From Nitrosopumilaceae archaeon (GTDB taxonomy: Archaea; Thermoproteota; Nitrososphaeria; Nitrososphaerales; Nitrosopumilaceae), in NCBI GenBank assembly GCA_965208905.1, contig OZ242365.1, positions 1,184,001 through 1,248,000 on the forward strand: a stretch of 64,000 nt of DNA, read 5' to 3'. The translations under genes and the position numbers were made by a program. Each line of letters begins with the position of its first letter. Position 1 is the first letter of the stretch. The notes beneath the pieces are model-generated. The model was not told the DNA's origin and searched no databases. It saw only the letters and a program-made list of their open reading frames with translations. Shown one piece after another: positions 10,601 through 21,179 of this stretch.

Positions 10601-11650
10601 TCAAAAGCCCTTTGGAAGTAGACCTGCACTCTTCTTTGGAGGTGCTACCTCCTTCTCCACAACTGGCTGGTCGAACCCTTTTGGAAGTAGACCTGCACTC
10701 TTCTTTGGAGGTGCTACCTCCTTCTCCACAACTGGCTGGTCGAACCCTTTTGGAAGTAGACCTGCCTTTTTTACAGTGGGTGGTGGAGGTGGTGCCTCTT
10801 TGGCTTTGCGTTGTTCTTCAACACGTTTTACATATTCGGCTTCATACTGTTCTAATTCACTCTTACGAGATTTGGTCTCCGGAGAAGTAGTTTGCGGTTT
10901 TGGTGGCTCAACAGATTTTTCTGGTGGAGGTGGTGATCTTGAACTAGTAGTTGCAGCGGCTAGGTTGTATCCGCCAAAGGTTTTGTCTGCAGGATGGTAT
11001 GCCAAACGAGCGCGAGTGGCAAAGTATTGATTTGACGGCTGTGTATATCCGGTTACGTTAACTTTTTGTTCATTCCAGCTAGGTTCTTTAGGAACTCGCC
11101 CTGTAGGGGCAGTTCTACGTACAAAGTATCTGTTTGGAGCAGGCGAATAACCTGTCACCATGGCTCGATAATCGTGAAAGCTAGTCATTGGTGAGTTGTA
11201 GTAAGATTCTTCAAGTGCATCGGCTATATTTGCTGGTGGTGCTGGTTTTTGGGATGGTTTAGGTGCCGAAGTTGTGTCTGGTTTTGGTGCTGGTTTCGGC
11301 TCAGGCTTGTCCATACCCTTTGGTAGCAATCCTGGCTTGGCTGCTGGTGCTGGTTTCGGCTCAGGCTTAGGTTCCGGTTTCGGCTCAGGCTTGTCCATAC
11401 CCTTTGGTAGCAATCCTGGCTTGGCTGCTGGTGCTGGTTTCGGCTCAGGCTTAGGTTCCGGTTTCGGCTCAGGCTTGTCCATACCCTTTGGTAGCAATCC
11501 TGGCTTGGCTGCTGGTGCTGGTTTCGGCTCAGGCTTGGTATCTGTCACAGGTTCTAAAACTGCAGCAAGTTTTGCTAATCTCTCACTTAACTCGTCTATT
11601 CTCTTTTGAACGTCTTCCCTAGTTGGCGTATCGGTTTTTTTAGTTGCCAT
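10601..11650 (-). CDS. Pro/Lys-rich low-complexity repeat protein
   Basis: 349-aa ORF with six GLLPKG motifs and a unique central domain. Confidence 0.8.
   Translation of the reverse strand: MATKKTDTPTREDVQKRIDELSERLAKLAAVLEPVTDTKPEPKPAPAAKPGLLPKGMDKPEPKPEPKPEPKPAPAAKPGLLPKGMDKPEPKPEPKPEPKPAPAAKPGLLPKGMDKPEPKPAPKPDTTSAPKPSQKPAPPANIADALEESYYNSPMTSFHDYRAMVTGYSPAPNRYFVRRTAPTGRVPKEPSWNEQKVNVTGYTQPSNQYFATRARLAYHPADKTFGGYNLAAATTSSRSPPPPEKSVEPPKPQTTSPETKSRKSELEQYEAEYVKRVEEQRKAKEAPPPPPTVKKAGLLPKGFDQPVVEKEVAPPKKSAGLLPKGFDQPVVEKEVAPPKKSAGLLPKGF
10608..10767. repeat. 69-bp intragenic tandem repeat (about 2.3 copies)
   Basis: tttggaagtagacctgc recurs at 10611, 10680 and 10749. Confidence 0.9.
11292..11538. 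repeat. 84-bp intragenic tandem repeat (about 3 copies)
   Basis: ttgtccatacc recurs at 11307, 11391 and 11475; 28-aa unit. Confidence 0.92.
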
Positions 11651-12193
11651 TATACTAATGCAATTTGCTTTTTATTTAAATTTTTGAATTTTAGTGTGTC
11701 TTATCAACTTAGATTACCTCAAAGTTGTATGATGACTGGGGTTATTCTGGCCGATGCCGCCAACATACAGATATACAGAGGCTTACGTTGATACAACGGG
11801 GCTGTAATGGCACCAGATTTCATGCTGTTATCTATGGTCCGACCAGATTTTGCCTAAAAAAGTTACCCAGAATCATACCAGACATGATGTATTAGGGCTG
11901 GACTTTGTCAAAAGCACATCCTAATATGGGCTCAATCCATCCAGTATTGTTACATAATTTCAAGGCATTTAGGTCATCGCCCAACTTTGGAAACGAAACC
12001 GTTCATTGTATGTCTGTGGCTAGCTTCTCGACTGCTGCTTATTGGGGAGTTGAGTATGCATGGCTGTATATCTTCTAATTTTTATAGCGCGTCTGGAATG
12101 TTGGTTATTTGCTAGTGCCTAGATATGTACTTCGGCATTCAGGATGTTATCAAGGAATAAATATCAACTGGTCAGTAATAATATGAGTAGGTT

Positions 12194-13306
12194 TTGAGTC
12201 GAGTCGTGGAACAAGTGTTGACCAGTCAGATTGGAAACATACTTGAAAAATCTCTACAAGGGCATAGGCCCACAAAGAGTGAGTGTGTAGAATTACTCCA
12301 GTCTGATGACATACATGCAATAGGGGAGGCGGCAGGCATACTGGTCCGTCGACGGTTTGGAAAGGCAGCATCATTCGTAAACAACATCATATTAAATTAC
12401 ACAAATGTCTGTGTTACTGATTGTAAGTTTTGCGCATTTTATAGACCTCCAAAACACGATGAAGCGTATACTCTTACCATTCCACAGATACGAGCTAGAG
12501 TAAAATCTGCATGGGAGATGTTTAAAATACGCCAGGTGCTTATACAAGGAGGGCACAACCCAAAATTAAACATAGAGTACTATGAGGAAGCGTTTAATAC
12601 AATCCGCAGCGAGTTTCCCAAAGTTGGCATACATGGACTTTCGGCTTCAGAGGTAGATACTATAGCCAGAGTCGAAAAGACATCCACCAAAGAAGTATTG
12701 TCTAGATTAAAGCAAGCTGGATTGCAGTCAGTACCTGGTGCTGGAGCAGAGATTCTCGTAGATCGAGTCAAGGACATAATTAGTCCTAAAAAGACATCTA
12801 GTAAAGATTGGCTTCGTATCATGGAGGAGGCACACAAAACAGGATTACCTGCATCGGCCACTCTGATGTATGGACACGTAGAATCATATCAGGATATTGC
12901 CGAACACATGTACCGTATAGTCGAACTACAAGAAAAGACAGGTGGATTCATGGCATTTATACCTTGGAATTTTGAGCCAAACAATACACTACTTCAAAAA
13001 CAAGGCACTGTAACACAGGGAAGTGGTGGACTTCGTTTACTAAAAATGATCGCAATATCCCGTCTCTTATACGACAACATCATACCACACATACAATCAT
13101 CGTGGCTTACCAATGGTGTGGGGATGGCACAGATAGCATTATCCTATGGGGCAGATGATTTTGGCGGTACTTTGATAGGAGAAGAGGTTGTATCGTGTAC
13201 GGGAGCTCGTTCCACTGAATTGACCGATGCTAAGATTCGAGGAGCTATACGACAGGCAGGATACACTCCAATTGAGCGGGATAATTTTTACAACCCTATA
13301 TCATAA
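12194..13306 (+). CDS. mqnC: Cyclic dehypoxanthine futalosine synthase (radical SAM)
   Basis: NYTNVCVTDCKFCAFYR, QGGHNP, PGAGAEIL and YGADDFGG motifs. Confidence 0.85.
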   Translation: MSRVVEQVLTSQIGNILEKSLQGHRPTKSECVELLQSDDIHAIGEAAGILVRRRFGKAASFVNNIILNYTNVCVTDCKFCAFYRPPKHDEAYTLTIPQIRARVKSAWEMFKIRQVLIQGGHNPKLNIEYYEEAFNTIRSEFPKVGIHGLSASEVDTIARVEKTSTKEVLSRLKQAGLQSVPGAGAEILVDRVKDIISPKKTSSKDWLRIMEEAHKTGLPASATLMYGHVESYQDIAEHMYRIVELQEKTGGFMAFIPWNFEPNNTLLQKQGTVTQGSGGLRLLKMIAISRLLYDNIIPHIQSSWLTNGVGMAQIALSYGADDFGGTLIGEEVVSCTGARSTELTDAKIRGAIRQAGYTPIERDNFYNPIS

Positions 13307-14743
13307 GTTGTAGTCTCCCCAACGTGAGTCAACCATCTTAACAGTCTCCTCGTCGGGCATAACTTGTTCCTGTACGGGTCTATTGAATCCCTCTAAGTGT
13401 GTCTTTTGGGTGGCATCTATGCCCATCTTTGAGCCCAGATTCACCAAGGGAGATGCAGGATCCAAATTATCTGTAGGTGTATTAGGTATAATCATTGTGT
13501 CTCTAGCAGCATCAGCTCGAGTAGTTATTGCCCAAATTACATCATTGATGTCATGTACGTTGATATCATCGTCCACAACAACAAATATCTTTGTAAGTGA
13601 AAGCTGTCCGGTCCCCCACAACCCCATCATGACTTTTCTAGCTTGACCGGGGTATCGTTTTTTTATTGAAATTATTCCAAATCCCTGAAACCAACCAGAT
13701 GGAGGCATTGCAAAGTCGACTATTTCCGGATGAAACATCTTCATGAGTGGTAAAAATGATCTCTCAATAACCTTGCCAATATATGCATCCTCCAAAACAG
13801 GTTTACCTACTATAGTGGTCAAATATATTGGACTTGTACGACATGTAACACCTGTCAATGTAAAGACCGGATATGGCTCTGGAGGTGTATAATATCCGGT
13901 GTGGTCACCAAACGGACCTTCAGGCCGTACATCTGTAGGGTCTACATGCCCTTCCAATATTATCTCTGCTTGAGCGGGAACATCCAAATCGACTGTCTTA
14001 CATGGAACTGTCTCTATCCCTTTTTTCCTTGTTATTCCAGCAAATAGATACTTGTCAAGCCCCTCTGGCACAGGCGCAATTCCAGCAAAGACCGTAGCCG
14101 GATCCCCCCCAATAATTACAGCAGCGGGTATATTCTCCCCTCTCTCTTCGGCGATATCCCCATAGTGCGCACCACGTTTGTGTTTCTGCCAGTGCATGAG
14201 GGCGTGCGTATCATCAAGTATCTGCATTCTGTACACTCCTAGATTTCGAGTTCCAGTTTCAGGGTGTCGTGTTGCTATCAGACCCAATGTAATAAAACGA
14301 CCAGCATCTTTTGGCCATGTTTTCAGTATAGGTAATTGTGAGAACGATGGCTTACCCATAACTACATCCTGTACAGGACCATCCTTCTTTGACTTTGGAA
14401 ATGATGCAGTCATCTTTTTGAGCTGAGGAATATTCTTTATCTGACCTAAAAGACCAGAAGGCATATCCATCTTTGTCATGGATGCTATGCGTTCTCCAAT
14501 CTCTGTAAAGTCAGACATCTCCAGGCCTAATTCGAGCCTTTTCATGGATCCAAAAGCATTACCCAACACGGGCATATTGGAATCTTTTACATCTTCAAAG
14601 AGTATGGCAGGTCCGCCCTCGTACATTGTACGCCGAAGTATCTCTGCTATCTCCAAATTGGTATCCACTTGAGTGGTAACTCTTTTCAACTCACCGTTCT
14701 CCTCCAAAATTTTGACAAAGTCTTTCAGGTTATCCATGGTCAT
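13301..14743 (-). CDS. ubiD: UbiD-family decarboxylase (menaquinone futalosine pathway)
   Basis: NLGVYRMQ, EGPFGDHTGYY and KMGIDAT motifs. Confidence 0.92.
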   Translation of the reverse strand: MTMDNLKDFVKILEENGELKRVTTQVDTNLEIAEILRRTMYEGGPAILFEDVKDSNMPVLGNAFGSMKRLELGLEMSDFTEIGERIASMTKMDMPSGLLGQIKNIPQLKKMTASFPKSKKDGPVQDVVMGKPSFSQLPILKTWPKDAGRFITLGLIATRHPETGTRNLGVYRMQILDDTHALMHWQKHKRGAHYGDIAEERGENIPAAVIIGGDPATVFAGIAPVPEGLDKYLFAGITRKKGIETVPCKTVDLDVPAQAEIILEGHVDPTDVRPEGPFGDHTGYYTPPEPYPVFTLTGVTCRTSPIYLTTIVGKPVLEDAYIGKVIERSFLPLMKMFHPEIVDFAMPPSGWFQGFGIISIKKRYPGQARKVMMGLWGTGQLSLTKIFVVVDDDINVHDINDVIWAITTRADAARDTMIIPNTPTDNLDPASPLVNLGSKMGIDATQKTHLEGFNRPVQEQVMPDEETVKMVDSRWGDYNL

Positions 14744-14856
14744 TACAGTCTAGCTGTAAAGCACTTGCTATATGTATATTGAAACGTCCGTTAGTATTCT
14801 GATCAAAATACTATAATGCCAAAAAACTCTTTATTTATGATGTAATATTCTCATAT

Positions 14857-15084
14857 ATGACCAATAAATGCCCTATATGTAAGGGAACGGGTGTAATAGT
14901 ACTGCTAAACTCTTCATGTTCGTTCTGCAATGGGACTGGTGAGTACACAAAGTTAGCCGACTTGTACTTTAAAACACACACCTGCCAATGTGTGTTATTG
15001 GATCGTAAAACATGTCCCCTATGCGGTAAAAAATGTCATCATGACACACCAAACAAGCCAAAGATAGAACTAAACCCAATGTGA
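14857..15084 (+). CDS. Small Cys-rich zinc-binding protein
   Basis: CPICKGTG and CSFCNGTG (DnaJ-type zinc-finger repeats), CPLCGKKCHH. Confidence 0.7.
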   Translation: MTNKCPICKGTGVIVLLNSSCSFCNGTGEYTKLADLYFKTHTCQCVLLDRKTCPLCGKKCHHDTPNKPKIELNPM

Positions 15085-15102
15085 CCGTGCTAGACCAACT
15101 TA

Positions 15103-15480
15103 TTATGAGAATGTAGGTGGGAGTTCCGTCTTTTTATCATAACCACCACTGCCAAATTTACAGTAAAAGCACAAATCCGACTGCATATGAGTGAGTTGGA
15201 CTACCTTTATGGCCCCTAGACGTAGTGCTATCTTTGTTAATATACGATATTTTATGGGCATGGATGGGATTACCTCTTCATTGTACACCTTGTAATGGGA
15301 GGGACAAAAGCGCAATGTCACATTTGCCTTTTCACGATTGTTGTTCATCTGTCGGGCGTAGTTGATCTGCTCCCGAATATACTCATGTTTTGGGCAAGGA
15401 CAGTCTTTACCGCCGGGATGCTTATATGCAGGAGTATTCTTCCAGTCGAATCCCGGATACTCTTTTTCAAAATCGTCCAT
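15103..15480 (-). CDS. Hypothetical protein with Cys/His motifs
   Basis: 125-aa ATG ORF with CPCPKH, FCPSH and CFYC; TATA-like element upstream. Confidence 0.7.
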   Translation of the reverse strand: MDDFEKEYPGFDWKNTPAYKHPGGKDCPCPKHEYIREQINYARQMNNNREKANVTLRFCPSHYKVYNEEVIPSMPIKYRILTKIALRLGAIKVVQLTHMQSDLCFYCKFGSGGYDKKTELPPTFS

Positions 15481-15621
15481 AATGTACTATAATGCCAATA
15501 CTATAAAAATGTGCCAAACAATATTGGGCATGAGAAGATGTCTATTGATATACAATAACTAGTTAGTTTATGATTTGTATATGAAACACACTATATATAC
15601 GACCCTACCGTCTATTGTAAA

Positions 15622-17229
15622 TTGACTGATGAATTCACAAGTACTGAACGTAATCAACTAAAAGGACATTTCTCGAACCCAGACAAGGCCGTCTTTGCAA
15701 TAATCACTCCCAGCCAGGTTGATAGGGGGGCTCTCATGTCTAGATATAGCAGAAGTAGCAACAGTATGAGACGCATATTCCTTGATGAATTTCTTACTAA
15801 TCCGAATCGTGGTGAAAGATTCTACGAACGTGTACTCTCCGAATATGGGGATGATTCAGTGGCCGAGCTGGGCCTTGTGCAGATTGGCGTTGAAGGCCTC
15901 TCGAATATTGCCATACAAACCGTAGAAGACCGTCGACTAGGACTATCTTTTTTAGAGAAATCCAGTCGATACGTGTTTTGGGACAAAAAAATAGACGGCC
16001 ACTTTGCATACTATAAAGGCAAGGATGTGATGGAGTCTCGACATGAAAAAGCATACACTAGCTCATGTGAATTGTCGTTTGAAACATACTCAAAACTTAC
16101 AGCTCCGATGCTAAAGTATATGGAGGAGGTTACTCCGATTGAGTCGCATACATTCTTTGACTCCGAGAGTAATACTGAAAAACCATTCTCCCAACTGACA
16201 CAGCGCCAAGATGTACAGGCCGCCCAACGAATTTACAAAGGCACACTTAAGGCTCGGACATCTGATGCACTGCGAAGTCTACTTCCTGCCTCAACACTCA
16301 CCAATGTGGGTATTGCCGGAAATGGAAGGGCATTTGAATATTTAATTAGCGTATTAAAATCATCCCCACTCAACGAAGTACAAAAATTGGGGAGTGATAT
16401 ATACAACGAATTAACGGCTACCGCTCGTGCATTTGTAAAACGTGCTGGTGATAAATATGGATTGGCATTACAAGAATATATGGTAAAATTATCCAAACAG
16501 TCTGATAAAATTAGTCTAAATACTGATGTCCCTCTACAACACTGTACAAAGATGCCGTTTTATACTCCTCCTGAAGATGCATTAAATCTTGTTATATCTG
16601 GACTACTCTATGAAAATTCTCATCGAACATTTGGTTCACTATACGGTATAGTTAAAGATATGCCTAAATCAGAAAAGCGTAAAATAATAAAGTCATTTAC
16701 TAATCTGCGCCAAAATCGGCGACACCGACCTCCTCGGGCATTTGAGTTAGTCTCTTATACATTTGATCTGATAAACAACTATGGAATGTTTAGAGATATG
16801 CATAGACATCGTGTTTTAACAATGCAGCGTCAGCCTCTTAGTACTCGTCACGGCTTTACCATACCTGATGATATAATACAGGCAGGTTTCTCCCAAGACT
16901 TTCATGAATGTATGAATGCATCAAAAGAAGCTTACAACACAATACACACTGACGCGCCCTCTCTATCACAGTATGTTGTAAATTTTGCATATAACTATCC
17001 CTATATGTTAAAGGTCAACTTACGTGAATTGTGTCATATTATTGAGCTGAGAACTTTACCTCAGGGACATTCTGATTACCGGGACGTGACGCAAGAGATG
17101 TACAGGTGCCTTCAAAAAGTTCATCCGGATTTGGTTGAGATTATAAAATTTGTTAACTTAGATAGATATGGTATGGGTCGTATGGGCTCTGAGAAGCGCT
17201 CTGAGATTAAACGTAAAAAACTTGCATAA
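15622..17229 (+). CDS. thyX: FAD-dependent thymidylate synthase (long form)
   Basis: YGDDSVAEL, EKSSRY, RDMHRHR and ELRT.PQGH motifs. Confidence 0.9.
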   Translation: MTDEFTSTERNQLKGHFSNPDKAVFAIITPSQVDRGALMSRYSRSSNSMRRIFLDEFLTNPNRGERFYERVLSEYGDDSVAELGLVQIGVEGLSNIAIQTVEDRRLGLSFLEKSSRYVFWDKKIDGHFAYYKGKDVMESRHEKAYTSSCELSFETYSKLTAPMLKYMEEVTPIESHTFFDSESNTEKPFSQLTQRQDVQAAQRIYKGTLKARTSDALRSLLPASTLTNVGIAGNGRAFEYLISVLKSSPLNEVQKLGSDIYNELTATARAFVKRAGDKYGLALQEYMVKLSKQSDKISLNTDVPLQHCTKMPFYTPPEDALNLVISGLLYENSHRTFGSLYGIVKDMPKSEKRKIIKSFTNLRQNRRHRPPRAFELVSYTFDLINNYGMFRDMHRHRVLTMQRQPLSTRHGFTIPDDIIQAGFSQDFHECMNASKEAYNTIHTDAPSLSQYVVNFAYNYPYMLKVNLRELCHIIELRTLPQGHSDYRDVTQEMYRCLQKVHPDLVEIIKFVNLDRYGMGRMGSEKRSEIKRKKLA

Positions 17230-17269
17230 TTACTGACATTAATAATATTACTACATAACGCTTTAAATT

Positions 17270-18385
17270 GTGCCAAATAATTTGTATATCGTGAAAAACA
17301 CCCTTGATCCATTGGGTGATTTAGCCAGAGATCTGAATAAGACACTGACTGAACTGCCTCATGATGATGTACTCTTACCATCCAAATATCAGAAAGCCTA
17401 CGAATTAAAACCCTCAAACTTTATAGAAGTTTTAACAACAGATACTCCCAACAAAATTGCATTTATTGATGGTGGTAATGGAACAATCGTAAAATCTCCT
17501 AATTTTACAATATCTCTAAACCGCATATATTACTCTGTTTTTCAAGGCAAGAAGAGGGTATACACTATGCCCAACTTTAGGGTGGAGTTTCTTTCGTGTA
17601 TACGACAAAAAATAAAGTCTACCTCAGAACAAAGTCAAATTACCCACGATGTAACACTATTTCCGTCCAAAAACTCCCATAAATCTTACATTCCGGACGT
17701 AAATGATATTGTTGCTGGAATAAGTAATGTAACTGCCGATGATCCGCGCATCTATACATTGCCACGTAGTCTTGGAGAGTGGCGTTTAGCATTGACCGCC
17801 CTGGATGCACTGTCCAGCGGTGATATTATTGTGATGGATGGCTCATTGACCACATTTAATAAAATAGAAGCCAAATATGCCCATTTACTGTTTGAAAAAG
17901 CTCAAATAAAAGATGTGACAGTATGCGCAATATCCAAGACCACTCATCTATTGACCAGGGGTGGCGAACCATTACTCAACAGGGTAAGTGACATCTCGCG
18001 GCAGACTACATATGGCCGATGGCGCATCAATGTGGTCAGTGGCGTCTCGCCACACGATCCTGGTTTTGTTATGGCAATAAAATTGCACCCAAATGCTCAA
18101 TTTCCATTTAGGTTTGAGATACTACAGACACAGCATGAGCAGATGAGCAATACACGAATAAACAGTATATTAGCAAGTCTGGCTGTAAATTCTGAGGATA
18201 TGTCATTTTTAGGATACCCGTACGGTCTAATTGACGCTGATAGGTTTGCGCAAGTGAGAAGAGATGAGATCAAACTCCACGCTGGTCTTTTGGAGTCAAA
18301 AATGCGAATTTTGCACTTGTCTAAAATAATGCAACAGATACGAGGTTTTCAGGCTCATGATCGACTTAACGAGGTGACAAGTTGA
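17270..18385 (+). CDS. nurA: NurA 5'-3' nuclease
   Basis: FIDGG, VMDGSL, ISKT and [10 protein letters not shown] motifs; operon with herA-mre11-rad50. Confidence 0.9.
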   Translation: MPNNLYIVKNTLDPLGDLARDLNKTLTELPHDDVLLPSKYQKAYELKPSNFIEVLTTDTPNKIAFIDGGNGTIVKSPNFTISLNRIYYSVFQGKKRVYTMPNFRVEFLSCIRQKIKSTSEQSQITHDVTLFPSKNSHKSYIPDVNDIVAGISNVTADDPRIYTLPRSLGEWRLALTALDALSSGDIIVMDGSLTTFNKIEAKYAHLLFEKAQIKDVTVCAISKTTHLLTRGGEPLLNRVSDISRQTTYGRWRINVVSGVSPHDPGFVMAIKLHPNAQFPFRFEILQTQHEQMSNTRINSILASLAVNSEDMSFLGYPYGLIDADRFAQVRRDEIKLHAGLLESKMRILHLSKIMQQIRGFQAHDRLNEVTS

Positions 18386-19941
18386 ACATAGGCCAGGTTG
18401 TTGGTGGATCATTTGGAAACATAATGCTGCGCCAAAAGTCAGGATCCTGTCTAGAGATTGGAGACTTGTTAGTCTCTGAGGAAGATGATCATATCTTAAT
18501 TTTACAGATATTTGACTTAGAGTATGGTTCACAGATGAATGGCAAGGTACAGGAGATGATGTCTGGTGTAATACTTGAAGAACAGCTTGCAAGCTCAGAA
18601 TTTTATGAGCCTGACTTTGTAAATTATATACTGGCTAGAGTCAAAATACTTGCACGAATAAACACCAACGATACGGTTGTACTTCCCAAAGGCATGCCTA
18701 AATTCTTTAATAAACTGCGAATGGTCACCACACAAGATCTAAAATTTCTTCAAAAAGAAGATACAAATAAAATATTTGTTGGTAATATACGCAGTGGCAG
18801 TAAGGTGCTTTATGATGCTGAGGTATGGCTGGACGCATTTGAAATATTTTCACACCATGTACTAATACCTGCCACCACTGGTAGAGGTAAATCTAATCTA
18901 GTAAAGACAATATTGTACTATTTACTATATTCTAATAATGTGGGAGCATTAGTACTTGATGCACATAATGAGTATTATGGACAAAAAGAAATAGGCTTAA
19001 AGGACCACCCGAATTCAAGAAATAATCTCGTATATTACACACCCATGAATCCGCCTCCTGGATCCCCCACTTTCATAATTAATCTAAACGCCATACGGCC
19101 TGATCACTTTGATGGCATTATAGATTTTTCAGAACCGCAAGATCGTAAAATGCGTGAATTTTACTCAAAATACAAGGGAGAGTGGATATCTGAGTTAATG
19201 TTGTACCAATACTCGACACCGGACTCCGACAACCCAGCCGAGGCCAGTAAGAGCGCGGTCACAATCAATGTTTTACAGCAAAAGTTACGCCAAGCATTAG
19301 ACTTGAAAGTAAACTATGATGAAAATATTGTACTGTCGAAACACAATGTATTTGATAAAGATCGTGGCGATAAAACAATTAATCAGATCGTAAACCATAT
19401 TGAATCTGGGAAAGTTGTAGTCCTAGATACGTCCAATCTTAGTGACGATGCTGAATTAATTGTCGGTTCAATAATTGCCTCAAGTATTTTAGATCGATAT
19501 AAATCTGCGCGTGCCGAAGGACGCTTACATGAAAAGCCTGTAGCCACAATAGTGATTGAAGAAGCCCCCCGAGTTATAGGTGATGATATTTTAAAATCTG
19601 GCATCAACAACATATACTCTACAATTGCTAGAGAGGGACGAAAGTTTCAGGTAGGTCTTACTGCTATAACTCAATTAACCAGTGTTATTCCAAAGGTGAT
19701 ACTAGCAAACATGAATACAAAAATAATACTTGGAAATGAGATGAAGTTAGAACGTCAGGCAATAATAGAGTCGGCATCTCAAGATCTGTCGGAAGACGAT
19801 CATAATATTGCTAGCTTAGATTTGGGCGAAGCCATAATTAGTAGTATATATGTTCCATTTGCCTTACCAATTAAAATACCAAATTTTAAAGATGTAATTA
19901 AAAAACCCCCTGACAATAAACCAAAGATGAGGGTATTTTAG
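18382..19941 (+). CDS. herA: HerA helicase/ATPase
   Basis: [17 protein letters not shown] and AREGRKF motifs. Confidence 0.93.
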   Translation: MNIGQVVGGSFGNIMLRQKSGSCLEIGDLLVSEEDDHILILQIFDLEYGSQMNGKVQEMMSGVILEEQLASSEFYEPDFVNYILARVKILARINTNDTVVLPKGMPKFFNKLRMVTTQDLKFLQKEDTNKIFVGNIRSGSKVLYDAEVWLDAFEIFSHHVLIPATTGRGKSNLVKTILYYLLYSNNVGALVLDAHNEYYGQKEIGLKDHPNSRNNLVYYTPMNPPPGSPTFIINLNAIRPDHFDGIIDFSEPQDRKMREFYSKYKGEWISELMLYQYSTPDSDNPAEASKSAVTINVLQQKLRQALDLKVNYDENIVLSKHNVFDKDRGDKTINQIVNHIESGKVVVLDTSNLSDDAELIVGSIIASSILDRYKSARAEGRLHEKPVATIVIEEAPRVIGDDILKSGINNIYSTIAREGRKFQVGLTAITQLTSVIPKVILANMNTKIILGNEMKLERQAIIESASQDLSEDDHNIASLDLGEAIISSIYVPFALPIKIPNFKDVIKKPPDNKPKMRVF

Positions 19942-21179
19942 TGAAGTTTGCCCACTTTGCTGATGTTCATTTGGGATATCACAAATCTGACGCACTTAAA
20001 AGATTAGAGAAATATGCCTTTACACATTCCATTGACAGATGCATATCTGACAATGTAGACTTTGTACTAATGTGTGGTGACATATTTCATAATAACATCC
20101 CAGATATGCGTGTACAAAAAATGGCTATGGAGCAGTTCCGCCGTTTATACGATTCTGGTATACCTGTCTATGTTGTATACGGAAGCCATGATTTTTCACC
20201 GATAAGCAACTCTGTTATCGACTTGTTTGTGGCTGCCGGTTACATGATAAAACCTCGGGGAGTTGCACTTGAGTCTGGAAACATTGGCCTGGACTTTATC
20301 ACTGATCCAAAAACCGGCGCAAAAATTGCTGGCTTGGGTGGCCTAAAGGTGGGCCGCGATAGAGACTATTATGAGAATTTAGAACGTACACCCTTGGAGT
20401 CTGAATCTGGTTTTAAGATATTTCTGTTTCATGGTGGAATCACCGAAATGATGGACACTATTGCCGATGATGGTATGCCTGTATCGTTACTACCAAAGGG
20501 GTTCGCCTACTATGCTGGCGGCCATATGCATGAACATCAAAACGAACATTTTTCTGGATATAATCATGTGGTATACCCGGGAACGCTTTTTGCAGGACAT
20601 TCTAGTGATATGGAGAACAGTGCGAAGGGGCAACGTAGGGGATTTGTAATTGTGGAGTTTGATAGTACAGTAAAATCTATAGATTTTATAGATGTGCCCA
20701 CATGTGACTATGTTTTGATAGTTGTAGATGCGGATATGCAAACATCTGATCACGTGCAAGATGAAATTACAACAAAAATCACAAGTATTTCTACTAATGA
20801 TAAAGTTGTAATCCTTAGAATATTTGGAGAATTACTTCGTGGCCGTACAACAGATGTTGATCTAAGAGCGGTACGACAACAACTACTGGATAATGGCGCC
20901 ATTGATGTCATAATACATAGACGCGAGTTTACATCTAAGGAGTATGATATTCGTGGAGAACCTGCTGGTACCATGGAGGAGGTAGAGATTAAAACATTTC
21001 AAGATAATATAAAGCAGATTAGCATGAAACGGGATCATCTAATCGGTGATCGTGGAGTTACACTTGCGCAATCCATACTCTCATCAACCCGTATAAAGCA
21101 ACCCGATAATGAGACATCTGCGGACTATGCGCATAGAATTTCCTCTGATGTAATATCCCGTATGGAACTTGATGTGTAA
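19941..21179 (+). CDS. mre11: Mre11 nuclease
   Basis: ADVHLG, GDIF, GSHD and GHMH phosphoesterase motifs. Confidence 0.95.
   Translation: MKFAHFADVHLGYHKSDALKRLEKYAFTHSIDRCISDNVDFVLMCGDIFHNNIPDMRVQKMAMEQFRRLYDSGIPVYVVYGSHDFSPISNSVIDLFVAAGYMIKPRGVALESGNIGLDFITDPKTGAKIAGLGGLKVGRDRDYYENLERTPLESESGFKIFLFHGGITEMMDTIADDGMPVSLLPKGFAYYAGGHMHEHQNEHFSGYNHVVYPGTLFAGHSSDMENSAKGQRRGFVIVEFDSTVKSIDFIDVPTCDYVLIVVDADMQTSDHVQDEITTKITSISTNDKVVILRIFGELLRGRTTDVDLRAVRQQLLDNGAIDVIIHRREFTSKEYDIRGEPAGTMEEVEIKTFQDNIKQISMKRDHLIGDRGVTLAQSILSSTRIKQPDNETSADYAHRISSDVISRMELDV

Noticed and set aside
10608-11538. Tandem repeats as a CRISPR array
   Set aside because: There are no unique spacers, the units are in-frame coding repeats, and no cas genes are present.
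11720-12070. Possible DNA methyltransferase pseudogene fragments
   Set aside because: Only vague peptide resemblance; no DPPY or FxGxG motif could be recovered.
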